Shown: piece after piece, positions 52,481 to 61,241 of the stretch
Layout: the number at the start of each line of letters is the position of its first letter
Position numbering within the stretch: position 1 is the stretch's first letter
NCBI GenBank assembly: GCA_038236865.1
Contig: JBBRZI010000001.1
Location: 9,238-73,237, forward strand
Origin: Candidatus Saccharimonadales bacterium
GTDB taxonomy: Bacteria; Patescibacteriota; Saccharimonadia; Saccharimonadales; UBA4665
Direction: 5' to 3'
Length of the DNA: 64,000 nt
Made by a program: the position numbers and the translations under genes
The notes under the pieces: generated by a model
Seen by the model: only the letters and a program-made list of their open reading frames with translations
What the model was told of the DNA's origin: nothing
Database searches by the model: none

Positions 52481-53497
52481 TTACTCAGTCGGGAAATTGG
52501 TGTTGACGCTAGCCAGGTCAACCATAACCGATGGGCCCATTGAAGTTGTCAGGTGCACTGCTTTGAAGTAGTTACCTTTGACACTGGTGGGCTTGTTGTT
52601 CTTGATGCTGGCGATGACGGCAGCGACGTTTTTGAGCAGCTGTGGCTCAGTAAAGCTTACTTTACCGACCAACAAGTGGACGATACCGGTGTTGTCGACG
52701 CGGTACTCAATCCGGCCGGCCTTGGCTTCGGCAACGGCTTTGTTGACGTTAGTGGTGACGGTGCCGCTCTTGGGGTTCGGCATCAGGCCGCGTGGACCGA
52801 GTGTCCGGGCGTACTTACCGAGCTTTGGCATCAAAGATGGGATGGCAATCAAAATGTCGAAGTTGAGGTTACCCTTATCGAGTTCGGCCAGAACTTCTTC
52901 GTTACCGGCGAGGTCGGCACCAGCTTTAAGAGCGGTCGCGGCGTCGTCAGTCAACACGATGATTCGAACCGTTTTACCGGTACCGGCAGGTAGGACAAGG
53001 TTGTCGCGAATGTTCTGGTCAGCGTGGCGCGGGTCAACGCTTAAGTTGACGTGTAATTCGACGCTGGCGTCGAATTTAACGTGGCTCGTCTGCTTGGCGA
53101 GGGCGATAGCCTCTTCCAGCGTGTAGGCCTTATCTTTTTCGATCAGTTCAGCACTCTTTTGGAACTTTTTGCCGCGGCGCTGCAGGTGGGTGCGTGTCGG
53201 GTTGCTGTGTTGCTTGGGCTTGACGTCTTCAAGCTCACCAGACGCTTTGCGCTCCTCTTTGGCTTCTTTGGCTTCCACTTCGGTTACCGCTTTGGCACTA
53301 CGCTTGCCGGCTTTAGCCTTAGCAGGAGCGATTATCTCAGGGACTTCTTGAATAGCGTCCATCTCAGGCAATGATTGGCTGGTGGCTTGAAAATCCTCAG
53401 CTTTTCGTTCGATGATGGTAGTTTCGACAATCAGCTCGGCGGCTTTGGTGGCCTTCTTGGCGATCGCTTTTTTAGCTGGTTTCTTGGCTTCTGCCAT
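52481..53497 (-). CDS. rplA: 50S ribosomal protein L1 with about 105-aa Lys/Ala/Glu-rich N-terminal extension
   Basis: Start set at the ATG at 53497 (GAAAGGA upstream). The L1 core starts at about RRGKKFQKSAELIEKDKAYTLEEAIALAK. Later motifs are LGPRGLMPNPKSGTVT and GRIEYRVD. Confidence 0.9.
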   Translation of the reverse strand: MAEAKKPAKKAIAKKATKAAELIVETTIIERKAEDFQATSQSLPEMDAIQEVPEIIAPAKAKAGKRSAKAVTEVEAKEAKEERKASGELEDVKPKQHSNPTRTHLQRRGKKFQKSAELIEKDKAYTLEEAIALAKQTSHVKFDASVELHVNLSVDPRHADQNIRDNLVLPAGTGKTVRIIVLTDDAATALKAGADLAGNEEVLAELDKGNLNFDILIAIPSLMPKLGKYARTLGPRGLMPNPKSGTVTTNVNKAVAEAKAGRIEYRVDNTGIVHLLVGKVSFTEPQLLKNVAAVIASIKNNKPTSVKGNYFKAVHLTTSMGPSVMVDLASVNTNFPTE

Positions 53498-53565
53498 AAT
53501 GATCTGATCCTTTCGTGGTGATAATGGCTTTCGAGGGCCTCCCACAAGTTAGTTAAATAGTGTGC

Positions 53566-53826
53566 CTAGCCATTTGGGTACAGGCTGGCGGTGTACTGTT
53601 TGCCGTAACCGACGTTGTTGCCGAACAACAATGCCAGTTGACCACAGACGGCGACGAACTTGACGGCGTCGTGCGTGGGATTATCGTGGTACCGATTGTA
53701 TTGCTCGTGTAGGTTGGCCCGTTCGGCGTCCCACGCTTCAAACGTATCATAGGCGTCTGGCTCACCACGAATCGATTCCTGGGCTAATACACCCAATTGG
53801 ACTAGCTCTGTTGCTATCTCTGACAT
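53566..53826 (-). CDS. Small acidic hypothetical protein inserted between rplK and rplA
   Basis: 86-aa ORF. Its ATG is 3 nt after the rplK stop. No family recognised. Confidence 0.5.
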   Translation of the reverse strand: MSEIATELVQLGVLAQESIRGEPDAYDTFEAWDAERANLHEQYNRYHDNPTHDAVKFVAVCGQLALLFGNNVGYGKQYTASLYPNG

Positions 53827-53829
53827 CGT

Positions 53830-54258
53830 TTAAGCCTGAACTTCGACGCCCATACTGCGGGCGGTGCCGGCAACCATTTTCATGATCGATTCGACAGACT
53901 CGGCGTTCATGTCTTTGGCTTTAGCTTCGGCGATGGCGCGCAGATCTTGCTGCGTCAGTTTCTTTTCGATCTTTTCGCTATTGGGGCGGCCCGAACCTTT
54001 TTTGATATCGAGCTTGGCGCGAATCAGGTCATCGGTGGGGGCGCCAACCACGCGAAAGGCCATCGAGCGGTCATCAAAGATCGTGATGTGGACGGTCACC
54101 ATCGTGCCCATCATGTCGCGCGTGGCATCGTTGAACGGATTAATAAAATCCATCATATTGACACCGTACTGGCCGAGCGTGCTACCGACTGGCGGTGCGG
54201 CGCTGGCTTGTCCGGCTTTGAGTTTCATTTTTAAATTGGCTTTGACGGCTTTCGCCAT
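53830..54258 (-). CDS. rplK: 50S ribosomal protein L11
   Basis: 142 aa with KLKAGQASAAPPVGSTLGQYGVNMMDFINPFN. Confidence 0.95.
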   Translation of the reverse strand: MAKAVKANLKMKLKAGQASAAPPVGSTLGQYGVNMMDFINPFNDATRDMMGTMVTVHITIFDDRSMAFRVVGAPTDDLIRAKLDIKKGSGRPNSEKIEKKLTQQDLRAIAEAKAKDMNAESVESIMKMVAGTARSMGVEVQA

Positions 54259-54368
54259 AGTTTGTCTCCTTATGTTTCGAACTGACCAACATGAAGCTGT
54301 TGTTTTAGTTCTCCTACCTTTTAGTAGTGCGTAACAGATTGGATTTTAGCACAAAACCAGATACAAGT

Positions 54369-54701
54369 CTAGGCGGCAACCTCGGTATTGACGATGAGTT
54401 CCGGTGTGCCTTGCAAAAGCGGTTCACCGGGGACAAGGCTGAGCTCTGGTCTTAGCGACATAATTCCGCCCGCGACTAGGGCGCTCGTGACTTGATCGGC
54501 AAGTTGTTGGTAGGCGACCGGGTGGCGCTCGGCAAACAAACGAACCGCTTCAGGGCTCGGTAGTGAACAAATGCCGCCTACCGTATTGCGCCCCGCCAAC
54601 TGGACGGCAATGTCGTGTTGCAGCCGCTCGGCGGGCGTCAGGGCGCTACGAACAGCCTCCGGTATAGATAAATCCCGAATACACACTGTTTCTTTAGACA
54701 T
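54369..54701 (-). CDS. Hypothetical protein between nusG and rplK
   Basis: 110-aa ORF with no recognised family. Confidence 0.45.
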   Translation of the reverse strand: MSKETVCIRDLSIPEAVRSALTPAERLQHDIAVQLAGRNTVGGICSLPSPEAVRLFAERHPVAYQQLADQVTSALVAGGIMSLRPELSLVPGEPLLQGTPELIVNTEVAA

Positions 54702-54859
54702 AATAGCCTTTTTATTTATGGTTGATACGTAACAGTATACGCTTATGTTTAGTTATAATCGCTCCGTCACGTAATAATGTCTGTCTACGGATCTCAGCGA
54801 GACTAAACTGGACTGCTAGGCTATCTGTAGGTGGCCTACATGTAGAACGGTTCGCCGGC

Positions 54860-55108
54860 CTAACTGACGGCGCCAGCCTGCTCAATAGTAGCGGCCGCCT
54901 CGTGCCTGACTTTAGACCCAAGCACAGCCCCGACAGCGAACACGCCATAGCAAAGCAGTTTGGCTGTGCTTGGCAGTTCACCCTGAGTGGCTTCGCCGTA
55001 GGCGAGTATCGCCGGCGCTCCAGCTGAAAAGACCAGCATGGTCGTCCCGAGCTGTTTCAGGTAGCTCGCTTCGGCCAGTACTTCAGCCGGTGTCTGGGTT
55101 TGTTCCAT
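54860..55108 (-). CDS. Small hypothetical membrane protein
   Basis: Only the non-overlapping 82-aa C-terminal part of ORF 54860..55387 is kept (MEQTQTPAEV..., two hydrophobic segments). It starts 17 nt after the nusG stop. The SD is weak. Confidence 0.35.
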   Translation of the reverse strand: MEQTQTPAEVLAEASYLKQLGTTMLVFSAGAPAILAYGEATQGELPSTAKLLCYGVFAVGAVLGSKVRHEAAATIEQAGAVS

Positions 55109-55124
55109 AGATTTAAAATTACCC

Positions 55125-55673
55125 TTAGACGCGTTTGACTTGTAGGCTATCAAGTTCAACCGGAGTTTCACGCCCGAACATGTTAACGAGGACTTTAAGT
55201 TTGCCCTTTTGTAAATCGATCTCATTGATGCTGCCATCGAAGCCTTTGAACGGACCGTCGATAATATTGACGATATCGCCCAAATTGAAGTCGATCTTGT
55301 GTTTTGGCTGTTCGAGGCCCATGCGCTTTTGGATCTTTTCGATTTCATCGGCTTCCAGTGGCGTCGGGTCGGCACCGCTGCCAACAAAGCCCGTGACGGA
55401 CGGTGTGTTGCGCACGATGTACCAGGCGTCTTCGGATAGTTTCATTTCAACTAGCACGTAGCCTTGGAAAATGCGCTTTTCGACGACCCGGCGTTTACCG
55501 TTTTTGATTTCGATCATCTTTTCCTTCGGTACGAGGACCTGAAAGATTTTGTCGGACATATCGAGAGAATCGGCGCGCTGGCGGATGCTTTCGGCAACTT
55601 TTTCTTCGTAGCCACTATAAGTATGAATGGCGTACCACTGTTTGGTTGTATCGTATCGTTTGCTACTATTCAT
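55125..55673 (-). CDS. nusG: Transcription termination/antitermination factor NusG
   Basis: 182 aa. The NGN domain has WYAIHTYSGYEEKV and the KOW motif is GDIVNIIDGPFKGFDGSINEID. Confidence 0.95.
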   Translation of the reverse strand: MNSSKRYDTTKQWYAIHTYSGYEEKVAESIRQRADSLDMSDKIFQVLVPKEKMIEIKNGKRRVVEKRIFQGYVLVEMKLSEDAWYIVRNTPSVTGFVGSGADPTPLEADEIEKIQKRMGLEQPKHKIDFNLGDIVNIIDGPFKGFDGSINEIDLQKGKLKVLVNMFGRETPVELDSLQVKRV

Positions 55674-56089
55674 TATTTCAATAACACCTGTTTAAATATT
55701 TTATCTAATCCATAATCTACGATGGAGACGAGTCCACCAAAAACGATTGCAAATATGAGCACAGCGACAGTTAAGCGGCGGCTTTCATACCAATCCGGCC
55801 ATGTAACGCGGCGCAGCTCCCGCCAACTGCCACGCAGGTATTCCGGGAACACGATTCGACCGATAAAGCGCAGAATTTTAGCGATGAATTTGAATGGCTG
55901 GTGCGCAAACAGACTCGCCAAAAGGCGGCCGATTGGGCGAATGACTTTGCGCAGTGGCCGAGCAACGCTGGTACGGAGCCGCGAAACGCGCTTTGGTTGT
56001 TCGTTTTGGACGGCGGTTTTGAGGGCCCGCTCGCGAAAGGTTTCTGGGTTCTTGACCAGACGCTTTTTCTTGGTCGGCTGTTCTGCCAC
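55673..56089 (-). CDS. secE: Preprotein translocase subunit SecE (long basic N-terminus)
   Basis: The C-terminus ELRRVTWPDWYESRRLTVAVLIFAIVFGGLVSIVDYGLDKIF is typical of SecE. It lies immediately upstream of nusG. Confidence 0.85.
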   Translation of the reverse strand: MAEQPTKKKRLVKNPETFRERALKTAVQNEQPKRVSRLRTSVARPLRKVIRPIGRLLASLFAHQPFKFIAKILRFIGRIVFPEYLRGSWRELRRVTWPDWYESRRLTVAVLIFAIVFGGLVSIVDYGLDKIFKQVLLK

Positions 56090-56118
56090 GTGTCACTCCC
56101 TGTTAAAGTTTGGCTACT

Positions 56119-56144
56119 AAAAAAGCCTACAACAACTTGTAGGC
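56119..56144 (-). terminator. Rho-independent terminator between octamer array 2 and secE
   Basis: The minus strand reads GCCTACAA-GTTG-TTGTAGGC-TTTTTT. Confidence 0.6.
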
Positions 56145-56188
56145 CAACCTGTCAAGATTAGCACGAGCGCGCCCCTGTCGTCAATCAT

Positions 56189-56268
56189 ATAGTTGGATAG
56201 TTGGATAGTGGGATAGCTTAATAGTGGGATAGTGGGATAGCTTGATAGGGGGATCGTTATATAGTGGT
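56189..56268. repeat. Octamer array 2: ten consecutive in-phase octamers of ATAGNNGG type
   Basis: ATAGTTGG ATAGTTGG ATAGTGGG ATAGCTTA ATAGTGGG ATAGTGGG ATAGCTTG ATAGGGGG ATCGTTAT ATAGTGGT, read directly. Confidence 0.9.
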
Positions 56269-56461
56269 AAAGTCTGACGTTTGCCAGGGCGTTGACACAG
56301 TGCCCAGAAACTAAGGTTGAGCGTTTAATGGCCATAGAGTAAAAAATAGGTAGCGCCGATCAGGCCGGCTGGACTGCTCCATAGATTCGGCCGTAGCTGT
56401 ACTAGCCTTTGATTGAGTATGGGATGACCACATACCCCCCGAGGTTTGCTATAGTAGCACT

Positions 56462-57970
56462 ATGATGGTTACGCTTATGAGCTTTGCACTCGGCTGCTTA
56501 CTTGAACTAAGCCTATGGCTGCCGCCAGCTTGGCGAATCCGGCAACCGCTCGCCTACCTGAGCATTGCCGTCACCATCATAACCACGGCCACGCTGCAAT
56601 ACCAGGTACCTCTCTTAGGTGGATTGGCCATCGCCGTACTGTCGATTTACCGCATTATTAATCTGGGGCGGATTATCGAGAACCGTATCCAGGCCGACTA
56701 TCTCTACTCGGTCGCCAGCCGCGCCAGCTACTATCTACTTGGCGCCCAGGGTCTGGTACTTGGCAGCAGCTTCGCTGGGTCACGCGGCGCGGTGTCGGGG
56801 GTGTCTTGGTACGGACTGCTCGTGATCGTCCAACTGGTGTGCGCCATCATACTGGTGTGGTCGACGCTGCGTAACCTCAAAAAAACTCAACCCCAAACGC
56901 TTACTACCATCTACAAAGACGCTGATTTGCCCACCCTAACGGTTGCTATCCCGGCCCGCAACGAAACGACTGACCTCGAAGCCTGTTTACAATCGCTCAT
57001 TACCAGTACCTACCCCAAGCTTGAAATTATTGTGCTCGACGATTGCTCCCCTAACAAACGCACTCCCGAAATCATTCGGGGCTTTGCCCACGACGGTGTC
57101 CGCTTTATGGCCGGCACCGAAACCCCACCGCGCTGGTTGGCCAAAAACTACGCCTATCACCAATTGGCCGCCGAGGCCAACGGCGAACTTATACTCTTTT
57201 GCGGCGTCGATACCCGCTTCGAACCAAACAGTCTGCGGGTGCTGGTGGCAACCTTATTGGAAAAGAAAAAAATGATGCTTAGTATCATCCCGAGCAACCC
57301 CCCGCCGCCCGCCAGGAGCCTGGAGTCGCTTTTGGTTCAGCCTAATCGCTATGCCTGGGAACTCGCTCTGCCCCGCCGCCTGTTCAATCGGCCGCCGGTG
57401 CTCAGTACCTGCTGGTTGATCACCGCGCCGGCGCTTGGGGCGTTCGGCGGGCTGGCGGCCGTCAGCCGGTCCATCAATGCCGAGCGGCACCTGGCCCAGT
57501 GGTGCGCCCGCCACGACGACGGCTATAGCTTTATGCAGAGTGACGCCGCCTGTGGCGTGGCTAGCGCCAAGTCCTTTGCTGAACAGCGCACGACGGCTAG
57601 CCGCGTCCGCTATCCGCAACTCCGCCGCCGCGTCGAACTGACCGCGCTGGTATCGGCGCTTGAATTTACCCTGTTGGTCGTGCCATTTGGCGGCCTGGTG
57701 GGGGCGATCCTGAGCGCAGCCTGGGGCTACGCTGTCCTCAGTGCCAGCACCTGTCTGCTATTGACTGTTATGTACGACCGGGTGGTGGCCCTGACGTACC
57801 GTCGCCAGTTGTTCCGCGGGCTGTGGTTGCTGCCGTACGCCACACTCTACGATATTGGCCTGCTCAACTACTCGCTCTGGAAGTACGAGTTCAGCGAAGT
57901 CGTCTGGAAGGGCCGCAACGTCTGCGTGCCAGTTATGCACGTCATCCGGCAGCTGCCGCAGGACTCATAA
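56462..57970 (+). CDS. Membrane-embedded glycosyltransferase family 2
   Basis: 502 aa with N- and C-terminal TM helices flanking LTVAIPARNETTDLEACLQSL...IIVLDDCS. Confidence 0.8.
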   Translation: MMVTLMSFALGCLLELSLWLPPAWRIRQPLAYLSIAVTIITTATLQYQVPLLGGLAIAVLSIYRIINLGRIIENRIQADYLYSVASRASYYLLGAQGLVLGSSFAGSRGAVSGVSWYGLLVIVQLVCAIILVWSTLRNLKKTQPQTLTTIYKDADLPTLTVAIPARNETTDLEACLQSLITSTYPKLEIIVLDDCSPNKRTPEIIRGFAHDGVRFMAGTETPPRWLAKNYAYHQLAAEANGELILFCGVDTRFEPNSLRVLVATLLEKKKMMLSIIPSNPPPPARSLESLLVQPNRYAWELALPRRLFNRPPVLSTCWLITAPALGAFGGLAAVSRSINAERHLAQWCARHDDGYSFMQSDAACGVASAKSFAEQRTTASRVRYPQLRRRVELTALVSALEFTLLVVPFGGLVGAILSAAWGYAVLSASTCLLLTVMYDRVVALTYRRQLFRGLWLLPYATLYDIGLLNYSLWKYEFSEVVWKGRNVCVPVMHVIRQLPQDS

Positions 57971-57997
57971 ACCTCAAAGCGTGGTATAACAGAGGGC

Positions 57998-58369
57998 ATG
58001 GAGCAGAATTATGTTACGTTCACGCAACGCACGGCGCGGCTCGGTCGCCTCGAACACTTTAGTGATCGCCTCACCTACGTTATGTCCGGCACCGCAGCCA
58101 TTGCGGCCCTCGGTAGTCTCGCCGCCACTGCATTTACTACTAACCGAGCCGCGACCGAAATGTTATTTAGCGCTAGCTTAACGGCAACCGTGCCGGCTTT
58201 TATTGGGTTAGTGGCGGCCGGCCATTTCGCCAAAGCCCATGATACAAGTATCGAGCAGTTCGAAGATTATGTCGACGACAGGTTCAGCGCTATAACGGCC
58301 GAGGCTAGCCTGGGTGATTTAGCCAATCGCTGGCCACTCGAAGCCGATCCGTCTACAGATTGGGAATAA
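57998..58369 (+). CDS. Hypothetical small membrane protein
   Basis: 123 aa with two hydrophobic segments. No family recognised. Confidence 0.45.
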   Translation: MEQNYVTFTQRTARLGRLEHFSDRLTYVMSGTAAIAALGSLAATAFTTNRAATEMLFSASLTATVPAFIGLVAAGHFAKAHDTSIEQFEDYVDDRFSAITAEASLGDLANRWPLEADPSTDWE

Positions 58370-59459
58370 AGATCGTAAAGGTCGAACCCTGGTTCAGCTC
58401 ACTCTTGAGCTTCACGTCGGCGTGGATCAAGCGGGTTAGCTTCATCGTGACGTACAAGCCGAGGCCGGTACCGGTGTTTTGGCGGGTACGGAAGTCTTCC
58501 GAACGGAAAAACTTGTCAAAGACGCGCTCCTGATCACTTTTACTGATGCCGATACCGGTGTCGGTGAGGCTGAATTCAACACCCCTGGGGACGCTGCGGG
58601 CGGCGATCACGACGTGGCCCTTTTCGGTGTACTTGATCGAATTGGTGATAAAGTTTTGCAAAATCTCGCGGACGTAGAGCTTGCTCGAACTCAGCAGCTC
58701 AAGTTGTGGGTCGAGATCGAGCTTGAGCTGTAAGTGCTTGGCTGTTGCCTGGGGCAGATAGTTGCTGAGCAGCTCCTGGCACAGATCGTGGACGTTGATA
58801 GCTTCAACAGTAACCTCGAGGGTACCGCGTTCGGCCCGACTCAGGGTCGACAGATCGTTGATCATATCGGCCAGAAATAACACTTGATTGTGAGCTTCGT
58901 TGAGGGCTTTTTTGATGGCTACTATATCGCCACTGCGCTCGGCGATGAATTGGGCGTTGCTGATGTTGCCCTCACTGATGGCGATGGGGGTGCGCAGTTC
59001 GTGACTGACAACGCTAATAAACTCATCGCGCTCTTCTTCAAGCGACTTTTCGCGCGTAATATCGCGCAGCAGCAGCACAAAGCCGCGTTGGCCGTGTTCG
59101 CCGTAGCCGAGGTGCACCGGCGCGATGCTCAAATACAGATTGATGGTGCTGCCGTCGGCATACTGCAGGCGCAAATCGCGTCGGGTGGTCGGTCGGGCGG
59201 CGGCAAGCACGGCCTGGGTGATATCGACGGCCTGATTATTATCATCGATGGGCTTGAACAGGCGGGTCAGCGAGCTCTGCAAACGGATGGTGTTGACGTC
59301 GAATAAGTTGAGGGCGGCGCCATTATATATAACAATCTTGGCCCGCTCGTCGACGGCAATAACGGCATCGGCCATGCTGTTGATTAAGCTCGTTAAACGC
59401 TGGTGCTCCAGCTCGGCATGAGCACGGCTGAATTTAATCGGTCTAAGGGTAAGCGCCAT
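58353..59459 (-). CDS. Soluble PAS-domain sensor histidine kinase (no adjacent response regulator)
   Basis: Has the H-box FISVVSHELRTPIAI, and NSIKYT, DTGIGIS and GTGLGL boxes. No TM segment. Confidence 0.85.
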   Translation of the reverse strand: MALTLRPIKFSRAHAELEHQRLTSLINSMADAVIAVDERAKIVIYNGAALNLFDVNTIRLQSSLTRLFKPIDDNNQAVDITQAVLAAARPTTRRDLRLQYADGSTINLYLSIAPVHLGYGEHGQRGFVLLLRDITREKSLEEERDEFISVVSHELRTPIAISEGNISNAQFIAERSGDIVAIKKALNEAHNQVLFLADMINDLSTLSRAERGTLEVTVEAINVHDLCQELLSNYLPQATAKHLQLKLDLDPQLELLSSSKLYVREILQNFITNSIKYTEKGHVVIAARSVPRGVEFSLTDTGIGISKSDQERVFDKFFRSEDFRTRQNTGTGLGLYVTMKLTRLIHADVKLKSELNQGSTFTIFIPNL

Positions 59460-59468
59460 TACTAGCTA

Positions 59469-60191
59469 TTATGCCACAACTTCGCCACCGAGCGCACTCA
59501 GAATTGGCTGGTAGGCCCGCATGGCTTTGCGCAAACGGGCGACGTCGGGCAGAACAACAGCCATAGCCGCCCAAAAGTCCGGCCCGTGGTGCAGTACTGT
59601 GGTGTGAGTAAGCTCGTGCAGCAGCACGTAGTCAATGTAGTCCCAGGGTAGTTGCATCAGGAACAGATTAAGCACGATATTATGGTGCTGATCACAGCTG
59701 CCCCAGCGGCTCTTGAGCTGCTTAATGCCGACGCTTTTATAGGTATGGCCGTGTTGGGCGGCGAGCGTCGCCAGGCGTTGGGGCAATAGGCTTTCAGCCT
59801 GTTTACGCAGCGCTCGCACACTAGCGGCCTTGACAGCCGCCTGAACCGCCGGGCTACTGGCGGTGAGGGTTGGTGGATAGCTGACGAGGACTTCTGTGCC
59901 CAGCACACGGCTACGTACCTTGGTACTGCCAGGGACGGCGTAAAGTCGTAAGCGGTGAGCTTTGCCGATATGCAGTCCGTCAGCCAGCGCCACAACCGGC
60001 TGGATCTGGGCGGCGATCCAATCCTGACGAGCTTGGGCAAACTCCAGCCCAACCGCGTAGGTGGCCCACAACGGTATGCTCACCCGCACTTCACCGGCGG
60101 CCGTGACGCTTAGGCGCAAGCTACGATTGGTGCGCCGCTTATAGATGTTGATGGGCTGCTGATTGGCCAGCTCGAAGCGCTTAAAAGCCAT
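59469..60191 (-). CDS. YgjP-like (DUF45/M48 superfamily) metal-dependent hydrolase
   Basis: 240 aa with RWGSC and the YVLLHELTHTTVLHHGPDFW (HExxH) motif. Confidence 0.75.
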   Translation of the reverse strand: MAFKRFELANQQPINIYKRRTNRSLRLSVTAAGEVRVSIPLWATYAVGLEFAQARQDWIAAQIQPVVALADGLHIGKAHRLRLYAVPGSTKVRSRVLGTEVLVSYPPTLTASSPAVQAAVKAASVRALRKQAESLLPQRLATLAAQHGHTYKSVGIKQLKSRWGSCDQHHNIVLNLFLMQLPWDYIDYVLLHELTHTTVLHHGPDFWAAMAVVLPDVARLRKAMRAYQPILSALGGEVVA

Positions 60192-60206
60192 TGGCTGCTC
60201 GCAATC

Positions 60207-60875
60207 TTAATGAATTCGAATATTGCGGCGGCTCATATCAACGCGACCGCCGCTGGCGTTGACGTTCGGAATGAGGTTAATCATGCCAGGTTTAACAACA
60301 TGGCTATTGGCATCGTCCAAGTTGAGGACACCCAAATCACGCAGTCGATTGACGACGGCGCTACGCTGGGTCGTGTAGAGGTGCTTGCCGCTGACAACAA
60401 CGTAGTCTTCACCGAGCTTCGGGTTTTGCATGTAGCCGCCGATTTTCTCGAAGGTCGGCCGATCCCACTGGGCGGCGTACTTGTCGTCGGCCCGGCGGCG
60501 ATCGCGCTTGAGCCCGCGGGCAAACGCAGTTTCGGGGTCGATCTGTAGCCAAATCAGGAGTGATTGGGCGTGGCAGCGACGGGCGGTCTCGCGCAACGCG
60601 TGGCGTTGGCTGGCGCGCAGGGAGTTGGTGTCGTAGACGACGCTCAGCCCGGCGCTCAAAAATTCTTCGGTCATATAGTCCATGAGCTGGGTGACGATAT
60701 CATTTTCTTGTTTGTCGTAGCGCGGGTTATCAAACAGGCCGGCGCGAATCCGATCACCTTGGACGTGGGCGGCTTGGATATCCTCGCACAGCTGACGTGA
60801 TAAATAGGTCTTGCCGGCACCCGGAAAACCATAGTGCATAATCAGGAATGGTTTAGTGGGTTGAACTTTTGCCAT
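60207..60875 (-). CDS. P-loop kinase-like ATP-binding protein (AAA_33/zeta-toxin-like fold)
   Basis: Start trimmed to MAKVQPTKPF. Walker A is GFPGAGKT. No further assignment. Confidence 0.6.
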   Translation of the reverse strand: MAKVQPTKPFLIMHYGFPGAGKTYLSRQLCEDIQAAHVQGDRIRAGLFDNPRYDKQENDIVTQLMDYMTEEFLSAGLSVVYDTNSLRASQRHALRETARRCHAQSLLIWLQIDPETAFARGLKRDRRRADDKYAAQWDRPTFEKIGGYMQNPKLGEDYVVVSGKHLYTTQRSAVVNRLRDLGVLNLDDANSHVVKPGMINLIPNVNASGGRVDMSRRNIRIH

Positions 60876-61114
60876 GGGTGTTACTAGGTATACCAAATTT
60901 TAGGCCTTTTGGGAAGCTAAATCTGTCGGACAGCGCCCTTTTTAACGGTGGTGCTTATGGTAATTTTGACTTTATTGTCGCCCAGCCATACACAACGCAA
61001 CATCTAACATTTTGATCACCCCTGTAATATTTGGTCGGCCAGCTGCACTCAAACCGTGACAAACCGCGCGCAATCCTCTATGATTAAGCGGTAAATCACG
61101 CACTGTTTAGCTAG

Positions 61115-61189
61115 AGGGGTATAGTACAGCGGTTAGTATAAAGGTCTCCAAAACCTTAGACCGTGGTTCGATTCCACGTACCCCTGCCA
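61115..61189 (+). tRNA. tRNA-Trp (anticodon CCA), CCA end encoded
   Basis: Hand-folded. The acceptor is AGGGGTA/TACCCCT. The anticodon stem is AAGGT/ACCTT with loop CTCCAAA. The T arm is GTGG-TTCGATT-CCAC. It ends GCCA. Confidence 0.9.
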
Positions 61190-61204
61190 AACCTAAGCTC
61201 TATT

Positions 61205-61227
61205 AAAACTTCTACGGAAGTTTTTTT
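61205..61227 (+). terminator. Rho-independent terminator after tRNA-Trp
   Basis: AAAACTTC-TACG-GAAGTTTT-TTT. Confidence 0.65.
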
Positions 61228-61241
61228 GCTATCATATGTAA

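Noticed and set aside
55109-55387. Upstream part of ORF 54860..55387 (175 aa)
   Set aside because: It overlaps the well-supported nusG coding region in another frame. Only the portion after the nusG stop is plausible.
56117-56335. 72-aa ORF (…YPTIPLLSYPTIQLSNY…) on the minus strand upstream of secE
   Set aside because: Its repetitive peptide is simply the translation of the 8-bp octamer array. It also runs through the terminator hairpin. It is most likely not a gene.
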